The notes: generated by a model not told the origin, from the sequence alone. Counted from the whole stretch's first letter, positions 50,095-59,802 are shown. The stretch is DNA of 63,623 bases, filler included, from a bacterium (GCA_040757115.1; 5 parts of 5 records of this genome joined end to end with filler, not necessarily neighbours in it); one strand, 5' to 3'. Numbers and translations are program-made.

Positions 50095-50943
50095 ATGCTA
50101 TTAAGGATAAATCAGTTACATAAATCATTTGGTGGACTGATGGCGGTAAAGGATTTTAATCTTGAGGTTAAACAAGGGGAGATACTTTCAATCATTGGTC
50201 CCAATGGCGCAGGGAAAACCACTATTTTTAATCTTATCAGTGGCTTTTATACCCCGGATAACGGTGAGATTATCTTTGAAAATCAAAACATCTGTGGTCT
50301 TGCACCTTTTATTATTGCGGCAAAAGGGATTTCAAGAACATTTCAGAATATTAGATTATTTGAAGGATTAACGGTGATGGATAATATTCGAATTGCCTTT
50401 CACTTTCAGCGAAATTACAAGTTGCATGATACAGTTATTCATAACAAAAAATATCGAGAACAAGAAAAACATATCGCAGAATTTAGTCTTTATCTTCTTA
50501 AGGTTTTTCAAATGGAGGATAGAAAAGGTGAACTGGCTGGCAATCTTCCTTATGGTCAACAACGACAGTTAGAGATTATTCGGGCATTAGCCACCGGGGC
50601 AAGACTTCTGCTTTTAGATGAACCAACCGCAGGTATGAATCATTCTGAACAAGAAGAGGCAATAAAACTTATTCGACGCATACGCGATGAATTTCATCTT
50701 ACTATCCTTTTGATTGAACATCAAATGAATGTGGTGATGAACATTTCAGAACGAATTGTGGTGATGAATTTTGGCGAGATTATTGCCATGGGTAGTCCAT
50801 ATGAAATTCAACACAACTCAAAGGTAATTGAGGCATATTTAGGAGAAACGCCCATGAGTCTGCGACTTACAAAGTCTTATGGTGAAATGTCAAGTAAAAA
50901 ATTAAGTTTTTTTAAAAATATTTTTCTTGACTTATATCCCTAA
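50095..50943 (+). CDS. livG: Branched-chain amino acid ABC ATPase, C-terminus extended by inserted elements
   Basis: GPNGAGKTT, RTFQNIRLF, LPYGQQR, LLLDEP.AGMN, VIEAYLGE followed by element-derived residues. Confidence 0.92.
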   Translation: MLLRINQLHKSFGGLMAVKDFNLEVKQGEILSIIGPNGAGKTTIFNLISGFYTPDNGEIIFENQNICGLAPFIIAAKGISRTFQNIRLFEGLTVMDNIRIAFHFQRNYKLHDTVIHNKKYREQEKHIAEFSLYLLKVFQMEDRKGELAGNLPYGQQRQLEIIRALATGARLLLLDEPTAGMNHSEQEEAIKLIRRIRDEFHLTILLIEHQMNVVMNISERIVVMNFGEIIAMGSPYEIQHNSKVIEAYLGETPMSLRLTKSYGEMSSKKLSFFKNIFLDLYP

Positions 50944-50995
50944 AAAGGCACAAAAATAGTATGTTCGGATACAAGTGAATTTTTTAAATATCCAA
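50875..50995 (+). mobile_element. Terminus of the IS-like element also seen at 1-117
   Basis: TCTTATGGTGAAATGTCAAG... running to the contig end. Confidence 0.6.
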
Positions 50996-51095
50996 NNNNN
51001 NNNNNNNNNNNNNNNNNNNNNNNNNNNNNNNNNNNNNNNTTAATTAATTAANNNNNNNNNNNNNNNNNNNNNNNNNNNNNNNNNNNNNNNNNNNN
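50996..51095. other. Artificial contig linker
   Basis: N-run with TTAATTAATTAA. Confidence 0.97.
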
Positions 51096-51290
51096 ATTCA
51101 ATTAAAAGTTAGTCAGGATGAAATGGGTTTGATAAAGGTCAATCTGCCAGCAGGGGAAAATTACATTGTGAAGTTAAAATATGAAGATGGACTGATGGAA
51201 CAAATTGGCTGGATTATCACCAGTTTATCCTTGGTGAGTGTTTTTCTACTAATAGGAATTTGCTTTTTGCACATTCTGAAGATATTATAG
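51096..51290 (+). CDS. 3' end of a membrane protein (YfhO-like C-terminus), partial
   Basis: ..GLIKVNLPAGENYIVKLKYE..EQIGWIITSLSL.. then a TM helix and stop. Confidence 0.55.
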   Translation: MQLKVSQDEMGLIKVNLPAGENYIVKLKYEDGLMEQIGWIITSLSLVSVFLLIGICFLHILKIL

Positions 51291-51323
51291 TATAAATTTT
51301 TCCTGAGTCAACAAAAAAATTTC

Positions 51324-51616
51324 GTAACCGTCAGGTAGTCCTTTACCGCAGAGACGCAGAGGAACAGAGAAGATATGGAAATAAATCAGATAACAGAAAA
51401 GATTATTGGTGCAGCCATTGAAATACTTATGACCTGCTTGCCGACTGTTCAGCAGGCAAGCCAGATTTGTTAATCCATCCCTGATTTTCATCAGGGCAAG
51501 TTTAATGTTGTTGTACTCAAGAGCTTGCACTGATGAAAATCAGGGATGTTAAGCGTATCGTCCATAAATTTTAATTTTCTTCTCTGCGTCTCTGTGTCTC
51601 TGCGGTGAACGGTTAC
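51324..51616 (+). mobile_element. Family-A MITE carrying a hollowed-out GxxExxY gene
   Basis: MEINQITEKIIGAAIEI at 51375 and KRIVHKF* at 51551-51574 lie between GCAGAGAC 9-mer arms; inner palindrome at 51476-51548. Confidence 0.75.
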
Positions 51617-51666
51617 TAAAATTCAACCTTGACAGGTGCAAGATTAATAATGTATAATAGGGGAAA

Positions 51667-52722
51667 ATGAAAATCTTGATTATTCAAACAGCATTTATTG
51701 GAGATGTGATTTTAGGGACACCACTTTTGCAGACCATTGCCACGGCAGGAAGTATGGAGCACAAAGCACGAAACACGGAGCAGAAAGCAGGAAACAAAGA
51801 ATTATCTATTATAACTACACCGCAAGGGAAAGAGATTTTAGATGGAAATCCTTATCTTAATCAGATAATTGTCTATGATAAAAAGGGACAAGATAGGGGC
51901 TTTTTTAAATTCCTGGAAATGGTAAAAAAGATTAAAAGGGAAAAATTCGATATTGCGGTCATTCCACATCGTTCACTGCGAAGCAGTTTGTTGGCTTATT
52001 TAGCTAAAATACCTGAAAGAATTGGATTTAACACAAGTGCTGGCTTTTTCTTGTTGACGAGAAAAGTCCCATATTTAAGAAATAAGCATGAAGTAGAGCG
52101 GAATTTAGAGTTAGCCTCCACAGGATTGGGAATTAAGGCAATTGAGCAAAATTTAAGTATTTTTTTATCGGAGAAAGAAAAGAATTTTGCCAGAAGATTC
52201 CTTGAGGAAAACAATGTTGGAGATGACTTTTTAATCGGGTTTGCCCCGGGGTCTATCTGGCAAACTAAACAATGGTTGACTTCAGGTTATGCCCGGGTGG
52301 GTGATGAATTAAGCAAAAACTACAAGGCGAAAATTATTATCTTTGGAAGTAAGGCGGACGCAGAAATAGCTGAAAAAATAAGCAAACAGATGAAAATTAC
52401 ACCAATTATTGCCGCTGGTAAAACAAATCTTAAAGAATTATCTGCCTTAATTTCAAAATGTCATCTATTCGTTACGAATGATACCGCGCCAATGCATATT
52501 GCGATGGCTTTTAAGATACCGACGGTGGCGATATTTGGTCCAACAACCCTGGATATTGGTTTTGGACCTTATGGTGAGAATTTTGTCGTGGTGGAGCGTT
52601 CAGGACTTGCCTGCCGACCTTGTAGTTTGCATGGTCCCCGTCAATGCCCGAAAAAACACTTTGCCTGTATGAATGAAATATCACCGCAAGAAGTCATCTC
52701 GGCTTGCCAAAAACTTGTTTAA
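51667..52722 (+). CDS. waaF: LPS heptosyltransferase II (GT9)
   Basis: KILIIQTAFIGDVIL.TP, PGS.W.TK.W, NDTAPMHIA.A..IPTVAIFGPT; promoter TTGACA-18-TATAAT at 51629-51658. Confidence 0.85.
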   Translation: MKILIIQTAFIGDVILGTPLLQTIATAGSMEHKARNTEQKAGNKELSIITTPQGKEILDGNPYLNQIIVYDKKGQDRGFFKFLEMVKKIKREKFDIAVIPHRSLRSSLLAYLAKIPERIGFNTSAGFFLLTRKVPYLRNKHEVERNLELASTGLGIKAIEQNLSIFLSEKEKNFARRFLEENNVGDDFLIGFAPGSIWQTKQWLTSGYARVGDELSKNYKAKIIIFGSKADAEIAEKISKQMKITPIIAAGKTNLKELSALISKCHLFVTNDTAPMHIAMAFKIPTVAIFGPTTLDIGFGPYGENFVVVERSGLACRPCSLHGPRQCPKKHFACMNEISPQEVISACQKLV

Positions 52723-54506
52723 TTGTAATTATTAAAGGTTCTATACACGATAACCTTTTCATCTTCATAAAAAGGCTTTTTAAATAAATTATGCATAGAA
52801 CTAAGAAAGTTATCCATATCTTCTTTCTTTGAAAAAATCTGGCATATTGACTGAGTGTTAGAATCCAGTACCAATTTTATAACTGGATTTAAAGCAAACG
52901 GAATTAATCCTCTCAGAAATTTTTCCTGCCTTGATTTAGGTGAAAAAGGCTTGAATCTTTCATTAAAAAACATTTCTTTATGAATTATAATATATTTAAT
53001 ATTATATTCCTTTAAAATTTTTATACAATCTGCCTGTTTTATCTGTGTAATTTTTGTATTAATCTCAGAGGGATTTGTAAATATATTGATAAACCGAGTG
53101 TTGTAAATAAATTCTCTAACACCAGGAGATGGATGATTAATATATCCCCCTATTATCTTCTTTTGATGGATGGTTTGAAAATACATATTCAGACCTTGAA
53201 CATAATTGTCTCCGTCATGAATCATTGTTTTAAAAGGGAGTTCGAGAACCGCATAATCTCCTTTTTCTTTTCCTAAATAGGCAAAAATTGGTGATGGAGT
53301 AAATTTAGAAGCAGGTAAAGGTATAATTAAATATTCTAAGCATATTAACAAGGATATAATAGTTAATACCATAATAGCGTATTTTCCCCTGGAAAAATAT
53401 TTGCATGTATATCCTGATAATACTGCTAAACACAACATTATCATTACCATATATCGCCATGGAGCTCGCATAAGACTCAATACAGGTAACTTATGTAATA
53501 TTAACATCGGCAGAGGTATGTTATCATATATCTTTCCTAAAAAGACAGGATGAGGGCCCACAGAGAGGATAAAGAAAACAAAAATTATTACTATCCAGAA
53601 TATTGCAATATACCTTTTCATTTTAAATAGAGAAGATGCGGCTAAAACTATGACTATATATCCATAAAATACAAACCAGCAGACAGAGAGAAAAGGAGAA
53701 AAACTAAATCCATACAAACTTGTTTGCATAGGAATCTGCCGTAAAGGCTTAAAGGTGATAAAACCTTTAAGTATTGGATATGCAAATGGGAAGATTAATA
53801 TTCCAAAGGTAATTATCATAAAAAGGGATTGCTTGATAAAATTTAGACAAAGGATTTTTTCACGCTCAAATATTAAGAAATACAGGATAAATATGATGAT
53901 AAAAAGAAAAGCAAACACCATATAATACCAGGATGATAAAGATATCAAGGTTAAAAAAATCCCTCCGGAAATTGCATTTTTTGTTCTGTTTCCCTCAAAC
54001 ATCTTTAATAAATAGAGGCAAAAGAAAGGAAACCATTCAATACTTAAAGGGTCTAACACACCATAGTGGAGTAAATGATACGGACAGAAGGCATAGATAA
54101 TACCCGAAATGAATGCAGAAGGTCTATGGTCAGTAAGGTGTTTTACTAATAGATAGGTTCCAAATCCACTTACAACAACCGAAAATAAGAAAAGCAGATT
54201 ATATACAGCTATTCTTCCCATAATTAGTTGTAATGGAATACCTAATAATAGCTTATCCCAGGCGAATTGCTGAAGACTTAAAGTAGTACCTGTGGGATAA
54301 AAAATTTCTGATGTAAAAAATGGTGTAGTATGTAATTCAAGTAAGGCTTTCTTTACCCACCATAGATTCCATAAGGTTAGTCCGAAGTCTCCAGTAGGGA
54401 ATGCAAAAGGGGTATTAATTTTAAAGGCTATTGGGTAAGTAAATATGATAGTTAAGATAATATACCCAAAGAGAATGAGTCCATAGTTTCTCCATAAATT
54501 TTTCAT
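52719..54506 (-). CDS. Polytopic membrane protein, probable GT-C glycosyltransferase
   Basis: D...LWNLWW, FYP.G, AF.PYH, R.P.R, MYFQTIH.K.IIGGY; many TM helices. Confidence 0.65.
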   Translation of the reverse strand: MKNLWRNYGLILFGYIILTIIFTYPIAFKINTPFAFPTGDFGLTLWNLWWVKKALLELHTTPFFTSEIFYPTGTTLSLQQFAWDKLLLGIPLQLIMGRIAVYNLLFLFSVVVSGFGTYLLVKHLTDHRPSAFISGIIYAFCPYHLLHYGVLDPLSIEWFPFFCLYLLKMFEGNRTKNAISGGIFLTLISLSSWYYMVFAFLFIIIFILYFLIFEREKILCLNFIKQSLFMIITFGILIFPFAYPILKGFITFKPLRQIPMQTSLYGFSFSPFLSVCWFVFYGYIVIVLAASSLFKMKRYIAIFWIVIIFVFFILSVGPHPVFLGKIYDNIPLPMLILHKLPVLSLMRAPWRYMVMIMLCLAVLSGYTCKYFSRGKYAIMVLTIISLLICLEYLIIPLPASKFTPSPIFAYLGKEKGDYAVLELPFKTMIHDGDNYVQGLNMYFQTIHQKKIIGGYINHPSPGVREFIYNTRFINIFTNPSEINTKITQIKQADCIKILKEYNIKYIIIHKEMFFNERFKPFSPKSRQEKFLRGLIPFALNPVIKLVLDSNTQSICQIFSKKEDMDNFLSSMHNLFKKPFYEDEKVIVYRTFNNYN

Positions 54507-54518
54507 TTTAGCACCTTC

Positions 54519-55568
54519 CTATATAATCATATCCAGGTCAGAATCACCGAGGGTAAGAAACCAATTTTTGGGTTCTCTTAAAAACTCCATCGGCACATCG
54601 GGAATTATAGACCGGCCAATATATCTATAGACCGTAGAGCCCTTTCTCACAAAAAAGCCACATTTTTTAAGGGTCTTTAAATAGAAGGCATTTTTAGGCT
54701 CTAAACAACAGATAGAATTTACCTTTTGTTCTTTAAAATATTTTGTTGCCCGCCAGATAAGACTCTCAAATCCTTCTTTCTCTGCTAAAAAGTCAACTAT
54801 GTAACCTGTATTTTGATAGACTCGTAAGACAATATATCCTGATATCTCCTTTTTCTTTTCGGCTAAAAAGATAGTATATTGGACATCCGGACATCTAACA
54901 AACCGCCAATTTAAATACTTCATATCACGGATAGAGATGGCATTAAAGTTTTTAGAGATACGATTCCAGAAGTCGTCTATTCGGGAGTTAAAGGACGAAA
55001 TTTGAGTAAGAGTTATCAGTGGGGATTTTTTGGGTTTAAAGATAAGATCAGAAAGAAGATTTAAAGGAAGAGTAATGAATTTAGGTATTAATTTGTTTTT
55101 AACAAATTTAGTCACGGTGTTTTCCAGATTAACAGATTTTTTCATTAATGGATTAAAAGATATATGGACATCGAAACCAGCTATTCTTTTCCAAAGTAAA
55201 TAAGCGGGTTCCGTTGGGAAACCAATATTTAAAGGATTTTCCTCATAAGCCTTTTTGATTAACAAATGCCCTCTGCCACGATATTTAGGATGGGTCATAT
55301 GGTCAACTAACCAATATGCCTGGTAGGTTTTTGTGTTAATTAACACTTTGGTAGATATGCCACAGATAAATCCGGCTAATTGGCCTTTATATTCTAATAT
55401 CCGAATAAAAGGACCTTCTTTGGGGTTATTGGGATTATCCTCAAATTTCCAGTCCCATCTTTTTCTACACACTTGGGCAATCTCTTTGCCCCATACTTCC
55501 TCATATAATTTAAAAAGCAATTCTTTATCTTCCTTTGTGTATTTTCTTACAGACCATAGTTTTTCCAT
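54519..55568 (-). CDS. GNAT-family acetyltransferase
   Basis: W.WKF..NP, D.MTHPKYRGRG, GFP, R...YL.WRF...P, GDSD end. Confidence 0.75.
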   Translation of the reverse strand: MEKLWSVRKYTKEDKELLFKLYEEVWGKEIAQVCRKRWDWKFEDNPNNPKEGPFIRILEYKGQLAGFICGISTKVLINTKTYQAYWLVDHMTHPKYRGRGHLLIKKAYEENPLNIGFPTEPAYLLWKRIAGFDVHISFNPLMKKSVNLENTVTKFVKNKLIPKFITLPLNLLSDLIFKPKKSPLITLTQISSFNSRIDDFWNRISKNFNAISIRDMKYLNWRFVRCPDVQYTIFLAEKKKEISGYIVLRVYQNTGYIVDFLAEKEGFESLIWRATKYFKEQKVNSICCLEPKNAFYLKTLKKCGFFVRKGSTVYRYIGRSIIPDVPMEFLREPKNWFLTLGDSDLDMII

Positions 55569-55583
55569 TTTTATTGCCTGAAT

Positions 55584-57020
55584 TTATACAGGAATTTTAA
55601 CCTTTTTTATTCCCCTTTTTGTAATTTTTAAACCTGTATGTAATTCAATTACATCTCTGATACCTTGTAAAGTTCTTTTTAAATTTCCGTCTGAATAATA
55701 TTTGATTTTTCGATGCCATTGAATTAATTTTTTTAAATCCGTTTCGCAAGTATAATAAGGTGCAAGTTTATCAGAAAGCCAGAAACTATCATCCATAAAA
55801 TTATATTTTTTTGCCCTTTCGTATAAGCCGGTCCCAGGAAAGACCATCGCAATCTGTAATTGAATAATATCCGGTCGAGTTTCTTGCAGAAGTTTTATTG
55901 TTTCATTTATACTCTGTTTATTTTCGCCTGGATTTCCCACCATTAAAAAGGCACCTGTAGTAATTCCAATTTTCTTTGTAAATTTCAAGACATTAACCAT
56001 TTCATCTCTTGAGGGTATTTTTTGAGTAACATTCTTCAGAACATCTGTCGAACCTGATTCAATTCCAAAACCAATAAATCTACATCCTGCCTCATAGGCT
56101 ATCTTTAGCATCTCCTCAGATACAAATTTTACACCTGTTTGAAATCCCCAGAATAATATATTAAGTTTTTTCTCTATGAGCATTTTAGAAAGCTCAATAA
56201 CCCTTTTTTGGTCAACAGAAAAGATATCATCTATAAAAGCAAAGGTATTACAATTATAGTCATTATATAGCCACTCAATCTCTTTCATAATACTTGAAGC
56301 CGACCGTGCCCGCCATTTACTTCGCCAGATTTTGTTCACCGAGCAAAACTCACATCTAAAAGGGCATCCGCGTGAGGTTATAAGATAACCGGTTCGCAAG
56401 TCTTTATAATTTATTCCATTAATCTCAGCTATCTCACGAAGTAAATATCCTCCGGTGTACATATTAAAATCCATAAAATGGAAAGCAGGAAATGGGAGTG
56501 AATCAAGGTCACTAATAGATTCTCGCTCCTCAGTAGTAATCACCTTTTGGTTATGGAGATAGGCAATACCTTTAATCTTTCCTATTTCTCCCTGATTTTG
56601 CCAGGTATTTACCAATTCCCGCATAGTATCTTCTCCCTCTCCTATTATTACTCCATCCACCGGGAAATTGGTAAGAATCTGTTCATACATTAATGTTGCA
56701 TGTGGACCACCTAAAATAACCTTAATATTTTTATCTATTGCTTTAACCAGGTATATTAATTTAAATAGGCTACCCCGTTGGTCTGACAGCGTCGTAATTC
56801 CTACAATTTGAGGACAAAAATCTCTGATTTGTCTTTCCAACTGTTGCCAATTATATTGATATGCATCAATAATCTTTATCTCATGGCCATCTTTCTCTAA
56901 TACCGCGCCAATAGAGAAAAGTCCAATAGGTGCAAAGGCAGATTCTACTGGCTCATCTTCTAAATATCTTGAATATGCAGATGGATGAAATAGAGGTGGA
57001 TTTATTAATAGAAGTCTCAT
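55584..57020 (-). CDS. B12-binding radical SAM protein
   Basis: LLINPP..PIGL, GGPHAT, GEGE, TSRGCPFRCEFC, GIESGS; start likely MRLLL. Confidence 0.88.
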   Translation of the reverse strand: MRLLLINPPLFHPSAYSRYLEDEPVESAFAPIGLFSIGAVLEKDGHEIKIIDAYQYNWQQLERQIRDFCPQIVGITTLSDQRGSLFKLIYLVKAIDKNIKVILGGPHATLMYEQILTNFPVDGVIIGEGEDTMRELVNTWQNQGEIGKIKGIAYLHNQKVITTEERESISDLDSLPFPAFHFMDFNMYTGGYLLREIAEINGINYKDLRTGYLITSRGCPFRCEFCSVNKIWRSKWRARSASSIMKEIEWLYNDYNCNTFAFIDDIFSVDQKRVIELSKMLIEKKLNILFWGFQTGVKFVSEEMLKIAYEAGCRFIGFGIESGSTDVLKNVTQKIPSRDEMVNVLKFTKKIGITTGAFLMVGNPGENKQSINETIKLLQETRPDIIQLQIAMVFPGTGLYERAKKYNFMDDSFWLSDKLAPYYTCETDLKKLIQWHRKIKYYSDGNLKRTLQGIRDVIELHTGLKITKRGIKKVKIPV

Positions 57021-57094
57021 CGTTAATAACTCCATTAAAACGAAACTGAGGTAATCCGTTTCTAATGCTTTTCCTCTTTGCACTCCCTGGTTTC

Positions 57095-57340
57095 GTCACC
57101 GTTCACCGCAGAGACGCAGAGAAAAAATTAAAAACTATTTACCACATGCTTCATTCCATCACGGATTTTCATCAGAGCAAGCTTTTGAAAACCGACATAT
57201 CATGATTGATTAACAAATTTGGTTTTGAGGGCCTATGTAGGACAATGATTGCCTCAATAATCTTTTCTGTTGTCTGATTTATTTCAATCTCTTCTCTGTT
57301 CCTCTGCGTCTCTGCGGTAAATTACCACCTGAACGGTTAC
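57095..57340 (-). mobile_element. Family-A MITE with 8-bp TSD CTGGTTTC and a degenerate GxxExxY 5' remnant
   Basis: TSD at 57087-57094 and 57341-57348; inverted paralog of 51324-51616. Confidence 0.8.
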
Positions 57341-58827
57341 CTGGTTTCTTTCATAGTTTGAGACGACCATATCCTTAGACTTAACCATCTCTTTATAAAT
57401 TCAATATCCTCAGAAGTAATTATACCTATCTTAAATATCAAAATAATATAAACCGATATAAACACTAATCCTGCCATTAAAAGAGTGAATAAATCTGGAT
57501 AGTTAAAAATGGTAATAGGATAAATTAAGAGACCACAACCTGAAGCAACTATAAAGATATTAATAAGATTTCTCCAGGGAAGAATACCGTCAAATGGAAT
57601 TTTTAATGAGTGTTTTATGATAAAAAAATAAAAGAATATAGTGAGATATGCAGATAACAAGATACCGATTGCCGGACCTATAAAACCCATAATCTGAACG
57701 AACAAAAGATTAAGGATAACATTTGAGATAAAAAATAGGGCGGCACCGGCAAAGATAGGTTTAGTTTGACCTATCCCCTCAAGAACCTCACCATAAAGAA
57801 GCATTCTTACCGGCAGTGCACATAAATAAATTCTAAAGATATTGGTGCTTTCGATGTAATTTTTTGTGAACAGCAAAGTTATAATTTCCTCACCCATTGT
57901 AAATAAAAATACAAATATCGGTAGTATAATTAGGGCTATTTTGCTTATATATTTATGCCAGAGTTGAATCAATTCTTCCTTCCGAGATTGGTGATGCAGT
58001 TCACTAAATTTTGGCATTAAGACATTTCCTGCTGGCAAAAATAGCATCTCGACCAATGCTACCTTAGATGTCCCAACCGCATAGATAGCATACCTTTGAA
58101 CCGAGAAGAATATAGAAATTACAATCTTATCGACCATTACCCCTAATCCGCCCACAATCTCAGCCAAACCTCGTGGGAGAGTATATTTCAATTGGGAACG
58201 GAGTAATTGAGGATTCCAATTAAATTCCCATCCCTTCATTAAATATACGGTGTAGAAAAGCATTAAACCGCAGGAAATACTGCCAAATACTACCATCCAG
58301 TTAATTAGCCCGGCTAATCCATAACCTAAAAATAAAGGAATGATAACTATAAATGCAATGATAGTGTTTACTATCGATAAACCAGCAGATAATTTTTGTC
58401 TATCTACCGCAAGTAATAAATAGTTAAAATATGCCGCCGGGAAAGTAAAAAATAGATATATGCTCAGTATCTTTAGTAACTTTGATAAATCAGGGTTATT
58501 AAAGTAATCTCCGATATTTTTAGAAAGACACCAGAGGATACAAGAAGAAGTCAATCCCAACAGTGATAAAATGATAATTGATTGAATGACAAATCCTGCT
58601 CGTTCAATTTTTACTCTCGGAATAAAATAAGCGATACTTCGTGGAATACCTAATGAGAAAATAACTGTAACTATTGTCGAAATAAGCATTATCTGTTTAT
58701 AAGTGCCGTAGTCAGATATAGATAATATTCTGACAAGTATCATACTCAGAACTAATCCAGATACTCCACTAATAACATTGGATAAGACAACTATCGCGAC
58801 TTTATCTGAAAGAGAAAATTTTGCCAT
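57337..58827 (-). CDS. Polysaccharide flippase (Wzx/MOP family)
   Basis: LVRILS..DYG.Y, many TM helices, DKIVIS, AIYAVG; the stop codon comes from the MITE end. Confidence 0.85.
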   Translation of the reverse strand: MAKFSLSDKVAIVVLSNVISGVSGLVLSMILVRILSISDYGTYKQIMLISTIVTVIFSLGIPRSIAYFIPRVKIERAGFVIQSIIILSLLGLTSSCILWCLSKNIGDYFNNPDLSKLLKILSIYLFFTFPAAYFNYLLLAVDRQKLSAGLSIVNTIIAFIVIIPLFLGYGLAGLINWMVVFGSISCGLMLFYTVYLMKGWEFNWNPQLLRSQLKYTLPRGLAEIVGGLGVMVDKIVISIFFSVQRYAIYAVGTSKVALVEMLFLPAGNVLMPKFSELHHQSRKEELIQLWHKYISKIALIILPIFVFLFTMGEEIITLLFTKNYIESTNIFRIYLCALPVRMLLYGEVLEGIGQTKPIFAGAALFFISNVILNLLFVQIMGFIGPAIGILLSAYLTIFFYFFIIKHSLKIPFDGILPWRNLINIFIVASGCGLLIYPITIFNYPDLFTLLMAGLVFISVYIILIFKIGIITSEDIEFIKRWLSLRIWSSQTMKETR

Positions 58828-59025
58828 TTGCTTTGATTAATATAACATATAACGATAAGAAAGTCAAGGGTTTATTTTTGTAACAGAAATTCTCGGTGAA
58901 AAATTAGATAGAGACTCATTATTCCTTATTTTCCTCTCAAAATCTTTACGAAAAATTTTTTTCTCTATCTCTCCTCAACATAGGTGAATTCAGTTTCTAA
59001 AAATTCACCGAGAATTGCTGTTTTT

Positions 59026-59678
59026 GTAACCGTTCAGGATATAGCCACAGAGTCACAGAGAACACAGAGGGAATATATAACCACGAATGAACACAAATAC
59101 AAAAAGATTTGTAGTGCGCGGCTAAAGCCTCGTATGTGTTTAGCGTATTTATGCATTGGATACAAACCTGAAAGGTTTGAATTTTACATAACCGTAGGTG
59201 AAACCTACGGAAATGGACATCTACGATGTCTCTCAACCCTGAAAGGGTTGAATTTTAAACGAGGGATAAAATTCGACCCTTTCAGGGTCGCAGAGTGCAT
59301 GTATGTGTTTCTTCCGTAGATTGCATCTACGGTTATGTGAAGTTTGACGCTTTCAGCGTCGGGGAAAAATATCGTCACGCTAAACACATACAAAGCCTCG
59401 CACTACAAATCTTTTCGACCTGTGCGGTTAAATGTAAAATGGATAATGTAAAATGAGAAATGTAAAATGAAAATGTATAACTGAAAGGTAACGAGTCTTG
59501 CGAAGTACTAAAATTTCCCATTTTTCATTTCCTATTTTACATTTATTTTTCCTTTGCGTCTGGGCGATGAATTAGTCTAATCGCACAGGTGGAATCTTTT
59601 TATTATTTGTGTTCATTCGTGCTTATATATTCCCTCTGTGTTCTCTGTGACTCTGTGGCTATATCCCTGAACGGTTAC
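59026..59678. mobile_element. Four-layer nested composite: family A > REP palindrome > GTATGTGTTTAGCGT MITE, plus a family-B MITE
   Basis: ~80-bp inverted outer arms; inner 59132-59391 (15-bp perfect TIR, TSD AAAGCCTC); inner 59416-59592 (TSD AATCTTTT). Confidence 0.85.
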
Positions 59679-59802
59679 AAAAATTCCCGAACCCCGATTT
59701 TCAGGAAAAATTGCTGTCTGCCAATAAAAACTTTATTTTATAAGCACTTAAGTAAAAAAATAAGTAAAAGATAAAAAAAGATAAAAAAAGATAAAAAAAG
59801 AC

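Noticed and set aside
12723-51095. Four regularly spaced N-TTAATTAATTAA-N blocks
   Set aside because: Artificial linkers between contigs that appear sorted by length; adjacency across them has no biological meaning.
58984-59774. ORFs inside the nested element (also 61516-61927, 51285-51530, 39317-39631)
   Set aside because: Chance frames through palindromic repeats; no transposase motifs.
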